From the NCBI GenBank assembly GCA_951406725.2, contig OX597817.1:116436001-116500000 (forward strand): 64,000 nucleotides of DNA, in the 5' to 3' direction. The notes beneath the pieces were generated by a model. It saw only the letters and a list, made by a program, of their open reading frames with translations. It searched no databases and was not told the origin of the DNA. The stretch is from Octopus vulgaris. Lineage: Eukaryota. The translations under genes were made by a program, and so were the position numbers. This document shows, one piece after another, positions 33,155-45,667 of this stretch; position 1 is the first letter of the stretch; every line of letters starts with the position of its first letter.

Positions 33155-33895
33155 TAATTAATAATTTTACCAAGCTGTGTTCAGTATGTAAAAAGACCAT
33201 TTACGGTATGTTTAAAACATTACTTTATATAATTAGGGTTCAGCAAAAAAAATTATTTTACCACACAAAGTTCGGTGTGTGGTAAAGTAAATTTTTTTGC
33301 TGAACCCTAATTATATAAAGTAATGTTTTAAACATACCGTAAATGGTCTTTTTACATACTGAACACTGCTTGGTAAAATTATTAATTAATAATTAATTAA
33401 TTTTACCCTTATTATTATTGACAATATAATGCCATCCCTGATAACAAACTACAGATCCCTCTGTAGGTAATTGTTGCTCTATAACTCACGTGGGTGGACG
33501 GGGAAGGATGCAAAGCCTCATTCTCACGTTTTGAATTCGTTAGTACTAATGGTCGAAGGGGTTTCGTCTGGGATTACTCAAATCAGACAGGTATTTTCGA
33601 GTTTTAGTGCTCTCAAATTTAAACTTAACGAAATCTTGGGCTGATGACAGGAATGTTGATATAGGTATGTATTTCTAGAATCTCTATATCTAACTAACCC
33701 AGAAACGGCGTTCTCAAGTAATCGATGTACGAGTGATCTTTCGTTATTTTTCCCTCTATGCCTACGTGAATTGTTTTTGAGTATACATTGTCTGGGAGAC
33801 TCTTCTTATAGTAGAGGAAATAGCTAAATACTTTGGCTGCTATTTCTAAAATTTCGGTGTGTGGTAAAGTGAATTTTTTGGCTGAACCCTAATTA
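33155..33895 (+). mobile_element. Non-coding Penelope-like / retrozyme-like unit with inverted 5' arm, HHR and direct terminal redundancy
   Basis: Palindrome 33155-33388 (113-bp arms, 8-nt loop); TTCGGTGTGTGGTAAAGT...GCTGAACCCTAATTA repeated at 33271 and 33853 (period 582); HHR at 33635. Confidence 0.8.
33635..33718 (+). ncRNA. Type I hammerhead ribozyme with long stem II and GUU site
   Basis: CTTGGG-CTGATGA-[GTTGATATAG/CTATATC(T)AAC hairpin]-GAAAC-GGC-GTT-CTCAAG; stem I is 6 bp with one G.U. Confidence 0.72.
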
Positions 33896-34079
33896 GAAGC
33901 ATATATATATATATATATGTACACACACACAGGTACTCATTCATAAAAGAAATCATTTAAACCCACCATTCTTTTGACCTGCACTCGCTCACCTTACTAT
34001 TCGTATGCCTCCCTCCTCCCACTTGGTTTGAACCCTTGAACCTTTAGAACCTTCTAGATTCTTCTACATTCAGCCACTC

Positions 34080-34098
34080 TGACGTCACTCCTTATAAA
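34080..34098 (+). promoter_or_regulatory. CRE palindrome plus TATA box upstream of HHR
   Basis: TGACGTCA at 34080-34087 and TATAAA at 34093-34098; AATAAA at 34265-34270 after the ribozyme. Confidence 0.4.
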
Positions 34099-34182
34099 GA
34101 GACACTCATTATCGCCATGGGCTCCTTGAGAGCGGTCAGCTAAAAGCTTTTTGTGCATTTTGATGTCGACATAAGTTCCTTG

Positions 34183-34267
34183 ATTTTCCTGATGAGAAAT
34201 CTGCATAATGTACTCCTTATTCCTTCGGAATTAGGAATATGCAGCCTTCGAAACATATGTCGAGAAT
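34183..34267 (+). ncRNA. Type I hammerhead ribozyme with intact consensus core
   Basis: ATTTTC-CTGATGA-GAA..CTGCATA..TCCT..TTCC ttc GGAA..AGGA..TATGCAG..TTC-GAAAC-ATAT-GTC^GAGAAT. Palindromic stem III ACATATGT; predicted cleavage after C34261. Confidence 0.85.
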
Positions 34268-34588
34268 AAAGGATATTTGTTAACTAGTCGTTCAACTCCA
34301 TTCTTTCATATACTTATAATTTTAAAATAAACATACAAATTTCCGCACGAAGACACGTAGTATATGCCCTAGGGACGTAGCTTCAACCGTGTTCTTTCTG
34401 ATGTGAATTTGCTACCCAGGTATCGGTTATCTTTCGAATTATCCTTAATAAGATAATTAATTCAACTACTCAAATATATATATATATATATATATGCTTC
34501 TTTATCTTCGTCTCTTATATTTGAGCACTTCTTGTGCAGTCCTATAAACCCTTTTGTTTCTATAAGAGACAAATATTATATATATATA

Positions 34589-34795
34589 GTTGATCCAAAC
34601 AAGAAAGCACAAAAAAACACAACAACGCGAGGACGTGGAACAAATATAGTATTATTGGACGCTCAGGAAAGAAGGAAAGAAGGAGGGTTTAACGTTTCGA
34701 GCGGAGCTCTTCGTCGGAAACATAGGAGAAGGAATGATTCAGAGAAGGGAAGACAGAGGAAAAAAATCGCCAACAGTACACACGCGGTCACATTT
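34589..34795 (-). mobile_element. Penelope-like terminal-repeat fragment carrying a minimal HHR
   Basis: Non-coding fragment next to (TA)n that contains the 34687-34721 motif. Confidence 0.6.
34687..34721 (-). ncRNA. Minimal hammerhead ribozyme variant
   Basis: Minus strand GTTT-CCGACGA-A-GAGC tcc GCTC-GAAAC-GTT-AAAC; core has U4>C; palindromic AACGTT stem III. Confidence 0.7.
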
Positions 34796-35542
34796 GAGAT
34801 CTGATCAATAAGTATCTACACTGTTGCCATTTTGACGAAGCTTAAGCACGCAAAGCGAAGCCACTAAACACAAATTGATATTATGCTCTGCTGTGCAAGC
34901 ACACCAAGATTTAACGTTCTAGACCAATTTCGCTGTTTACAGCAGAACTTGGAAGGAAGGTGTGTAGCATTACATTGACCACGACAGAGAAAGTTGTCAC
35001 GGGGAGACCTGCTTAGAAGCCTACGCAAAGTTTCAGAAAGTGTACGAATAGGAGTGCATGCGCCGCACACAAGTGTACAAGTGGTTCAGACATTTCCAAG
35101 ACGGCCGAAAAAATGTCGATATTGACGAATGTTCTGCGAGATCCGCAACCAGAAGAACTGAGGAAAACATCGTAGATGTGTGTGCAGCTGAGAGGAAAAA
35201 TCGTCGAATCACCATCCGTGAGTTATCAGAGGACGGGCAGATTAGTTGCAGTTCAGTTCAGTTCAGTCCATTATTACTGACGATCTGGTTGTGACACGTG
35301 TGTGCCAAGTTTGTGCCAAAATTGCTTTCAGCTGACCGAAAAGACACCTAGGATTCAGTTGCATAGATCTCATTGTTTGTGTTAAAACCGAGGAAAAGTA
35401 TTTGAAAACTTTACGTAGGCCTCTGAGCACGTATGCACATCGGAGTTCAAGTTCAATCTGTGCGTGCGAAGCGGCTTTACTCTGCGTGCTCTAGCATCGT
35501 TACTATAGCAACAGTCCGGATACCTATTCATCAGACCACGTA
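34796..35542 (+). mobile_element. Internally deleted mariner element
   Basis: TIRs CTGATCAATAAGTATC.. / ..GATACCTATTCATCAGACCACG-TA; transposase HTH remnant MRRTQVYKWFRHFQDGRKNVDIDE..RRITIREL, then a decayed WVP-like FVPKLLS. Confidence 0.85.
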
Positions 35543-35560
35543 TATGTGTATATGTATGTA

Positions 35561-35628
<68 letters not shown>

Positions 35629-36582
35629 TCGAGAAGGTGGGCGAGTGAGGGAGAGAGAGAGTGAGACTTTTAAGTTTTAAATGTCCATGGAAATGTATGT
35701 TTTCTAAACTTTTTTCCAAGGACTGGTAGTCAAAATAAAATATGGATTGGGAGAGTAAGATTTTCGCTCTAATATCGAAATTAGTCTCCAAATAACAATG
35801 ATAAAGGAATTTCAATAAAACCGTAGCTGAAATCTGGTTTTGCGAAAGACACTATAAATGCAATATTTGTAATATGACTATTGTGCATATTAATTTCTTC
35901 CACGGGGAAATTACTACTACACGATGAAGGCTGTGAAAGTGTCGTGTTAAAATATATACATTCACCTCTCATACCATCTGAATTTTTAATAGAAATCTAA
36001 ATACACAAACACTCAGTGCCACACACACACACACACACACACGTACACATACACACACTCACATACATATATATGTGAAAAGAGGGAAAACAACGAAAGA
36101 GGGATGAACCGAAACATGAAATAAATTGTCGATGGTGCATTTAATTTCTGAGTTACTGCATTGTTGCTATGATCTTTCATTCTCAACTACAAAAAATGAT
36201 TTTAATATATTTGTAAGAAAAGGAATGTGAAGAACCCCTAAACATATATGGTTACACTAAACACAAACACGTTGTCACGGTATTCTATTTGAAAGGAATT
36301 TTCTCCCCTCTCCTTATGTCCTTTACCCTTTCGGTGTGCGCATCAATTCTTTCTGAATTGTAGTTGACTGTAATTGCAAGAAACTTTTTAATATTGTCCC
36401 CTCGAATGATAGTTAATTACAACAAATCAAGAATGTATTCTTTAAATTATTGCCACCGGCCACTCTGAACTATTTTTCTCAGTTTATTTTGTTTTATGCA
36501 AATTACGCGTAGTCGTAAATTTATTTACTATCTTTGCATACAACAAACACTCTCATCTGTTTGATCGAAAGTTGGATAATAT

Positions 36583-36628
36583 CTGTGCTGATGACGGCGC
36601 CTGTTCTTCGAGAAATACATGTCCGCAG
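36583..36628 (+). ncRNA. Type I hammerhead ribozyme candidate
   Basis: CTGTG-CTGATGA-CGG..TCG-A-GAAAT-ACAT-GTC^CGCAG; stem I is 5 bp with one G.U; weak stems II and III. Confidence 0.6.
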
Positions 36629-36847
36629 GCGTCATCTTGTCTCCAGACTAACAGAATACATTTAACGTTATCTTAGTCATTTTGATTCTCTAGATTGTCT
36701 CTCGTTCTCCTTCGGTGTATACCGAAATTTTACGAAGAATTCATTTAATATTTCCCTGAAGAAAAGAAATTTTCGTTATAGTATTTAATATTATTTGTAT
36801 TTTGTTCCTTTGCTGGTGGACGCTCGAATTATTTCTCTTAGCTTCTG

Positions 36848-36916
<69 letters not shown>

Positions 36917-36931
36917 ATCTATCCATCTCTC

Positions 36932-36974
<43 letters not shown>

Positions 36975-37158
36975 TAGAGATAAAACCACTATTAGGCAAC
37001 TCAAACAGTGATAGACATATATCAAAACATAAAAAACAAAATATAAATATAATCAATATAATATGCAATATATATATTAAAAATATAAAATACTGTGAAA
37101 TTTGATTTAATCCTAAATCTAATTTTTTCCTGTAAGTTGGATATACTCCCTAATATTA

Positions 37159-37294
<136 letters not shown>

Positions 37295-37302
37295 ACATAA
37301 GC

Positions 37303-37425
37303 ACAGGCATGGCTATGGGGGAAGAATCTTGCTTCCCAACCACAGGGTTCTGGGTTCAGTCTCACATCGTGGCACCTTCGCTAAGTGTCTTCTGCTATAC
37401 ACTCGGCCGACCGAGTGGATTTGGT
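37303..37425 (+). mobile_element. SINE family B, 5' part
   Basis: TGGCTATGGGG...GGTTCTGGGTTCAGTCTCAC..GGCACCTT..AAGTGTCTTCT..GAGTGGATTTGGTA. Confidence 0.75.
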
Positions 37426-37429
37426 ATGT

Positions 37430-37493
<64 letters not shown>

Positions 37494-38005
37494 TATATTT
37501 GCATATATATATATATATATATATGTATGTATAAGTAATACATGTGTGTGTGTGGGTGTATAATTTAGAACATCTGTGAGTCATTTTGGCAAGAACTTTA
37601 TGTTCAATTTTCAGCAATTTGTAATAAAATAACCAATAAGATGAACATCTTTCGTACACAAAATCACAAGAGGTAGACACTGAAGTACGGGAGGAAGATA
37701 AAAAGAAGCGGAGAAGGAATGGGATATTTTGCAGCGGGGAAGTAAATAACTTTAAAAAGTGTTAGATTTTGAATATCGTAATTTTTGAGGAGACATGTAA
37801 GTGAAATACTTTATTTTTGTAATTGGAAAAGGGGTAACCAGAGTGTAAATGGAGTATTTGTTAAAAAAGTGAAGCAGTTTTAAAATGCATAAATTTCGTT
37901 GTTGGGATGATATCATATGAGTTGCGTGGAAAGGGAAATTAATCATACTGGCATCCATTACCTATTGGCAAGTGTAAATGATGCATATGTGTATATATAA
38001 GTATA

Positions 38006-38049
<44 letters not shown>

Positions 38050-38588
38050 TAGCTACATAGATAGATAGAGAAAGAGAGAGTGTGTGCGTTAAGATTAAAA
38101 TCTCCATGCAAAAGTAAGTTTTCTAAATTTTTTAGGCGATCAAATTTTCGAAGGACTGTTAGTCAAAATAAAACTTATAGTTTGGCAAAGTAAGATTTTT
38201 GCTCTAGTACCGAAATCCGTCAACATCCGTCAACGAATGGCAATGACAGATGAATTCGATAAAACTGTATATAAAATCTGGTTTTGTGAAGGACGATATA
38301 AATGCAATATTTGTAAATGGATTTTAAGTTGTTTAATTGTAATGCACTATGTGATTTCCTATTAATTCGTGTTAAAATTAAATTACTAAATAATTCTTTC
38401 ATAAATTCATTGACGTTCGACCGGTCATATTATCTAGTGAATACAGTGACAGGTGGATAGGATAAGGTGCATTGAGTGAGAAAAGTTATATTTAATGTTA
38501 AATTAATTCGGTAAGTATTGGCAAGATAAATTTTGAAAAGCATAATTAATTTTAAGAATTCAGTGATATTTATGAAATGCAAGAAAGT

Positions 38589-38589
<1 letters not shown>

Positions 38590-38622
<33 letters not shown>

Positions 38623-38773
38623 AACTATTACTACCACTACTACCACCATCACCACGAAAACCACCACTACCACCTGCGCCACAACCACCACCTCCTCCAC
38701 CACCACCGCCACCACCACCACCACCATCACCACCACCATCATCACCACCACCACCATCACCACCACCACCATC

Positions 38774-38820
<47 letters not shown>

Positions 38821-38832
38821 AACTACTTCTTC

Positions 38833-38898
<66 letters not shown>

Positions 38899-38901
38899 TT
38901 C

Positions 38902-38937
<36 letters not shown>
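38590..38937. repeat. Compound trinucleotide tract (CTA)n(CCA/CAT)n(CTA)n(TTA)n
   Basis: Direct reading; source of the poly-H/P/G/V/Y/L ORFs. Confidence 0.95.
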
Positions 38938-38938
<1 letters not shown>

Positions 38939-39270
38939 GATGTCCTTTGAAGGGATTTTAGGCATTTCTAGATCGGTTGGCTAAAATACTTTCAACCAAA
39001 TGCGATTTTATAGTCAATGTTCTTGCTTTAAGGTGGAGTTGTCTTTCACATGTACTTTATTTCCGTTAATCTATTTCTTTCCTGACCATTGCTTCGAATT
39101 TGAAGTACATATATGAAAGTGGATTATTAGAGGAGAAACTAACCAGGAAAACATTCAAGAAACCTTCTTAAACGATTTAAGATGATCTGAGAGAAGAATT
39201 CTAATTTACCTATGACGGGGAATGACTGACTTCAGTTTTGGTAATGACACAGGTATTATATGTCTGCATA

Positions 39271-39339
<69 letters not shown>

Positions 39340-40157
39340 ATGTGTGTTTGTGTGTGCAAGTTCAATAGAGACACAGAAATATATTACTTATAAACAATCA
39401 CTAGAAAGCATCTACCGTTTTGATAAGAGCTAGTCAGAAAAGTTTGTGTGCCGATGATCTAGGATTGAAAGATTGAGCGTATTCGTGCATGAGACCCATC
39501 TGGAACGACCTTGAAGGTTCTGAATCCCCTACAGATTTATGATGGGTGTTTTTGTATACCTTTTTCTTAATATAAAATCTACTTAATAGGTTGGGTGACA
39601 TAGCCAAACTAATGATGAATTTATTCGTGGTTGAAACACCATAAAATTTCTGCCGTATTTATATGTAAAGATTTTTTTGTAAAGTGCTTCAATAGATACA
39701 AGGGATAGAAACTTGTTTCATGAGACATATTAGGGTTGTAACTATAAGACTATAAGGTAGAATTTTAACTGATATTTTCCTTATAAGTATGTTTAGCGCC
39801 GTACATAAATATTACTGTATAAAATATACAGACACGCACACGCACATGTACACGCACAAAATCATACATGTTGAATTAGATATATATATATATTACCTGA
39901 GAACAAGCATATGTTACTGGACGTTAATTACTGTTAGTGCGATTTAATTAGGAATACTGTCATACGAGCATACACGTTAACATCGGACTTTATTCGAAAT
40001 GTCAGTGCACTAATGTTTATAAAGCCTGACACAGGAGGTGTCAATACTTAATTGTACTAGCATATAATTCCTTTTCTATTGCATATATTGGTAGATTACT
40101 GCTAGAGTTTAACATGGGACTCAAAGAATCTGTATGCATAATGTCATTCCTTAACAT

Positions 40158-40201
<44 letters not shown>

Positions 40202-41719
40202 ACACCTCACACACCACCTACATATTTAGGGTCAGTATATAAATATATAGATATGTATGTATGTTTTTACGAGCATGTGTGTGTGCATGAGTGTATGTGT
40301 ATATATATTTTGCTCATCATAATGTTGGTGGAAAATTTACCTTATAATCTTATCAACTCAACAAGTATTTATCTTGATAAAAGCCAACTCTGATATTACA
40401 TAATGATCAAAGTAATAAAAAATCAGTTTACCAATTCTAAACCTGATTGTCTAGTATGTCTAGTATAAAAACAAACTGTAGATTCTCTGACAGGGAATCT
40501 TCCTCATGAATCAGATTTGCATGTTGCAACATTACCCAGGTGTTATGTCGAATTACATAAATATCATTTATTAAAGTTTAGGGAAATTTGATTTAGTTAT
40601 TTTCGCTTAACTAGAAAGCAATTAGTTAGTTACGTACATGCACGTCATGCAGAGGAGGTGTTGATTTAAAAATACAAAAGTGAACAACAACTTCTTGGAA
40701 AATTTGTGTTAAGTTTTCAATATAAATTTTATCCAGCTTATCTTTCAGTGAAATGATTCTAGCGAATAGTTGAACGAAATTAGGAAGAGATAGTTGTCTC
40801 TAGATTACAGACGATTAAAATTTGTTTTCAAGTATAAATTCTCTAAATAAGAATTGGAAAAACAGTATAACAGAAATGCTGTCTATAACAGAAATAAAAA
40901 TAAACTTCTGATGTTACACATGAATTTAACTATCTTCTCAATGTAAAAAGAGATATTAAGTTGGTAAATTGAAGCACTTAAGCGGTTAGCATACTAAATT
41001 ATGGCAACCGTTTAACCTAACAAACATAACACTGAAATTTCATTTCAGATATATTTTTCTATGAATGTCGTAGAATAGTCTCATGCAGACAAATTAAGTC
41101 GAGAAAAAATTGAAAATTCAGATATTATAACGGACCTCTTTAGGATGGTACCAAATATGCGCTAGTGTACAAGAAGTAAGCGTATTCTGCACGCATATGC
41201 TGCATTCGCACAAGTACACAAAAACTTGAAATTCTCATAGCAGTAAGAATCAAAATACTGCCAAATTTATATGTCATAAAAAACAAACAAAACTCGAACT
41301 ATTACTCACCGATTAATAATATATTCAATCGTTCGAGAAGTATGAGGAATCTCCCTGAAGTACTTCCGCAAATACAGTGAAGTGAAAATGTTGTATCCAC
41401 ATGTGTACACTTTATTGTGAGCCAATGAGGCAGACTGTATACATTCAAATAATCTGCTAGAAATTGCTGCTAAATGTTCCTTCAGTTTCATAATATCAGA
41501 ACTGTTCATTCATTTGCATACGAAAATAACCGGTGGGTTTGAGTGAGTTCTAGTAGTTCCGATCGTATATCTTTTCGATCGCAGCAAATTTGGTGTTAAA
41601 CAATAGGTTCAGAACATATACCATGAAGCAAATTGTGGTAAATATTATATATATATATATATATCCAGTATGAGACTTTGTACCCCTATTATTTTATCAT
41701 ATTTGCTTTCAGGATCTAC

Positions 41720-41829
<110 letters not shown>

Positions 41830-42179
41830 CATACATATATATAGAGAGAGAGGGAGAGAGAAAGAGAGAAAGTGTGAGATAGATAAATAGATAGATACAT
41901 ACATACATACATACATACATATATGCACACATACATATAGATATGTGTGTACACATATATGCGTGTCTGTGTCTGTGTATGTATGCATATGTATGTATGT
42001 GTATGTATGTATATATGTAGATATGTATATGCGTTTGTAGTTCTGTATGCGTGTAATGAGAGAAAAAGGCTGTGGCCCATCAGTGATGGAATAATCGATT
42101 CAAACAATAACTTAACTGTAAAATCGTACACGACCTGGGTGCAATATCAAAGATTTTAGATCTTTCTCCTGTTGTGAGA

Positions 42180-43500
42180 ACTCATGCAGAAATATCAAAA
42201 GAGGAAATTCGAGAGGCAATAGAAATAACGAAACATTTACAAGGTCGGTATAAATGCTATTATTACCGAAGTAATAAAAGCCGCGATGACAAGCTTAATA
42301 TGTTACACGGAATGTTCAACATAGTGCTGAAATCAAAAAGTCAACTAAATGATTGAATCAGTAATCTGTGAATACTTCTTAGGAAAAAAAATGACAGCAA
42401 AAACGAAAATTAGAAAGCAACCTTTCTTTTATCAATAGCAAGAATTTTTCTTCCATCGTTCTCGAGAGAATCAAAAGTAAAACCGAAGAAATAAGGGAAG
42501 GAGATTTGTATGTCGACCTAATAAGATAGAGGCTTATTTTATATATCAGAGAGACAATGGTTAAAAGATTTATGTACACTTGCGCTTTAAATTTGTCAAC
42601 TCTCATCCAGTCTTCTACAAGTTCCGAAGAAATGTTTAATAAAAGACCATGACAGATATACATGTAAACCCCGACATACTATGATATATAGTGTGTTATA
42701 CAACCTGGGGTAACTTGGTCTTGAATAGTCACTTGACGCCTGCAATTGAAGTAGGCCTAGTTCTATGAAAAGATTACCTGAATTTAAAACACATGGTTGA
42801 CCCCATGGCTGTAATTTTCTGGCAAAAATTATGGAAATTTTTTGAGGAATTTTTAAGGAAAAATTTTTGGTTTACCTATAGGTTGATGACACAATTCTGA
42901 TTAACGCTATTCAGGACAAATTAAAAGTATTCACTAAACAGTCAAAAGATGAAGAGTTTAAAACCAGGACCTGTAAAGAAATGACATGAAATGCAAACTC
43001 CTGTCAGTGATTCCAGGAAATAAACTCATGAATAGCATCTACAACGTTTGGCAGACTACAAAACATGTGGTACAGTACGTGGGATATGAACCAGTAACCA
43101 CATTTAAGCTCTTTATTTTTTCTAATATCCTCAACAAATCGTACGTTAGGGAAGAATGTTTCCTGAAATCAGATGATATATGCTTTGAACCAAATTTTGA
43201 AAGGAACTATTAACGGTTTATACTAGAGATATCAGTTGGAAAAAGATGTAGAAATACCTCCACGTGTTGTACACAATCAGGGAGATTATGTTGAGAGGGA
43301 ACTAAAGCAATAACTCTCAATAGCTGCGTTGACTTAGCGTGCAACAAAGTTTTATCTAAACCTCAGAACGTAAGATGAACCGCTTAAGTTGTGAACAGGT
43401 CATATCTGAAAAGACACATGGTCAACAATCATAAAATGGTGAAAAGATGATTCTGTCTAAGTGAATAGTAAACTTCTTACTTGAGGAAATAGGCAGGAAT
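42180..43500 (+). pseudogene. Highly decayed RTE-like LINE RT remnant, interrupted by other sequence
   Basis: EISKEEIREAI, TEVIKA, MLHGMFNIVL and FSSIVLERIKSKTEEI motifs in RTE order; later portions barely recognisable. Confidence 0.55.
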
Positions 43501-43861
43501 CTACTGCAAATTATTAGTACACAATTATGTATATGTAGTGTGTGTTTGTTTGTGTGTGTGTGTGTGTGCGCGCGCATGTGGATATATACGTGTCTGGGTA
43601 TTTATGTTTGTATGTAAGTGTTATATATAGAAAATGAGAATTTATTTTGTCCATGTCTACATCAAGCCGAGAAGAGTGGTATATGGATTATCATGCCACC
43701 AATCGTAGAATAGGAACATGATAAGAGCATTGATTACTAAAACGTTTTCTTACATTATTCATGGTAAACCATTTTAAATATGTAGATATATAAATCAAAT
43801 TCAAATAAAGCTATGTTAAATAATTGTTTGAAAATTGTTGCTTCCCGGTTTGGCATGAACT

Positions 43862-45110
43862 GTAAAGGGTACGCTGTTGAAAATTTCCGATTATTTAAAT
43901 ATTTTTTAATTAAATTTAGTTTGTAATCGCACAAAAATAATCAAAATGCGCTCCTCGACATTGAATTGTTCATGTACACTCCATTGTGTGTGTACGTTCG
44001 GCGAATAAAAGGTTTCTGTATGGCAGCTAAGAGGTGAAGTGAGATTGTAGCTCTGAATAAAGCAGGATATAGCAACAGAAACATCGCTTCAAAGATTTGT
44101 GTTCATCCTGAAGCGGTCTACAACGTCATGAAACACTACAGTGAGACAAGTTCATTCGTCAGCAAGACCATTTCTGCAAAAACGAAACAATTGGTGGAGG
44201 TTGTCCAAAAGAGAGTATCACGAAAGCAACAGTGGAGCATGAAGCAAATGGCTAAAAGTGTCGATATTTCCCAGACAGCTATGTATAAAGATTTAAGCTG
44301 TAAGTCATTAACGCTGCAACGCTGACATTTAATTTCTGAATCATCCAAAGCAAAACAACTGGATAAGTGTCAAAAATGGGGGAGGAGATTCACAGCGCCA
44401 GTGGAAATGACTTCATCTAGTCAAGCAAAACGTATTCACCGTGGAAGATGTATCAAACACCCAGATTGACAGGATTTTGGTCATGAGGTCAGATGCTGTT
44501 TACGAAGGCACCCTTAAGGTATTTCACCAAATGAAACCCGCTGGAGTGATGATTGATTTGAGCAGCAGTGTCATCCAAAAGTTGAAAATCTCCTCTGGTG
44601 TTCATTAGAGAGGGACGAAGTTGAGTTCGGCAATTTACATGAAAATGTTAGAGGATGATAGTTTGCCACGGGTGACCGAAGCATTTGGAGATTACCACGT
44701 GTTCACACAAACGCTGCTCTTCTCATACGTCCAATATGACACAGCAGTAGATCAGGATCCATTTCAGTTGTTCTGGGACAAGATTGTGTGGTTCCTCTCC
44801 ATCCCAGACGGCAAACTTCAGTATTTAGTCCATTCTAGAGAGTGACGTTTCAAGAGTTTCCCACAAAAATATCACTTCTCTGAAGAAAGAATGAGTCGTG
44901 TCATGGGGATTATAAGTGAAAAATCGACCGGTGTCCGTGAGACTTGGTTTTCGGACGTGTTCAGGCGTTTGTAAAGTCTAAAGTGGAACATATTGAATGC
45001 AACTAATATGGTGCATGGCCATATTTAAATCCTAAAAACGTTTGTTTTTATGCCCTTTACTAAAAATTATAACTAAAAATTATTCGTGAATTCTATACGA
45101 CGCACCTTCT
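43862..45110 (+). mobile_element. Decayed Tc1/mariner superfamily (maT/DD37D-like) transposon
   Basis: 44019-45005 encodes, with frameshifts, SEIVALNKAGYSNRNIA..VYNVMK, SMKQMAKSVDIS, VFTVE..NTQIDR, KPAGVMI, KSPLVFI..G.KL.S..Y..ML, HTSN.TQ and FWDK..W..S.PD. Degenerate TIR-like ends near 43864 and 45085-45110. Confidence 0.75.
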
Positions 45111-45453
45111 AAATTTATATGTCATCGTTAAGCATCTGCACGGAGGCTTCTATTTTCCTGACTATATATTCTAATCGTTTTCAATGCATCAGAACAGGTG
45201 AGTTCTATAAATTATATCGCTATCCACGGATATGGTGCATGGCCATATTTAAATCCTAAAAACGTTTGTTTTTATGCCCTTTACTAAAAATTATAACTAA
45301 ACATTATTCGTGAATTCTATACGACGCACCTTCTAAATTTATATGTCATTGTTAAGCATCTGCACGGAGGCTTCTATTTTCCTGACTATATATTCTAATC
45401 GTTTTCAATGCATCAGAACAGGTGAGTTCTATAAATTATATCGCTATCCACGG
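45006..45453. repeat. Near-perfect 224-bp tandem duplication (45006-45229, 45230-45453)
   Basis: I counted two substitutions between the units. Confidence 0.95.
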
Positions 45454-45613
45454 AATGTTGGTGTTTTAGCGTATTTAGGACATTTAAATAAATGTATGTC
45501 TATAACAGACGGGATTTAGATAGTAATTTATATATTCCACAGAAGTAAATCCTAGATAATATTCGAACTAAAGGGAAAGGGTGCCGAGACAATTGTGACC
45601 CTGCAATGTTCTT

Positions 45614-45667
<54 letters not shown>

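Noticed and set aside
38533-38984. Poly-His / poly-Pro / poly-Gly ORFs resembling structural proteins
   Set aside because: They lie entirely within a compound trinucleotide tract that is open in several frames on both strands.
39445-39485. CCGATGA-TCTAGGATT-GAAAG motif as a hammerhead
   Set aside because: Core is mutated, cleavage triplet and stem I are unconvincing; too weak to call.
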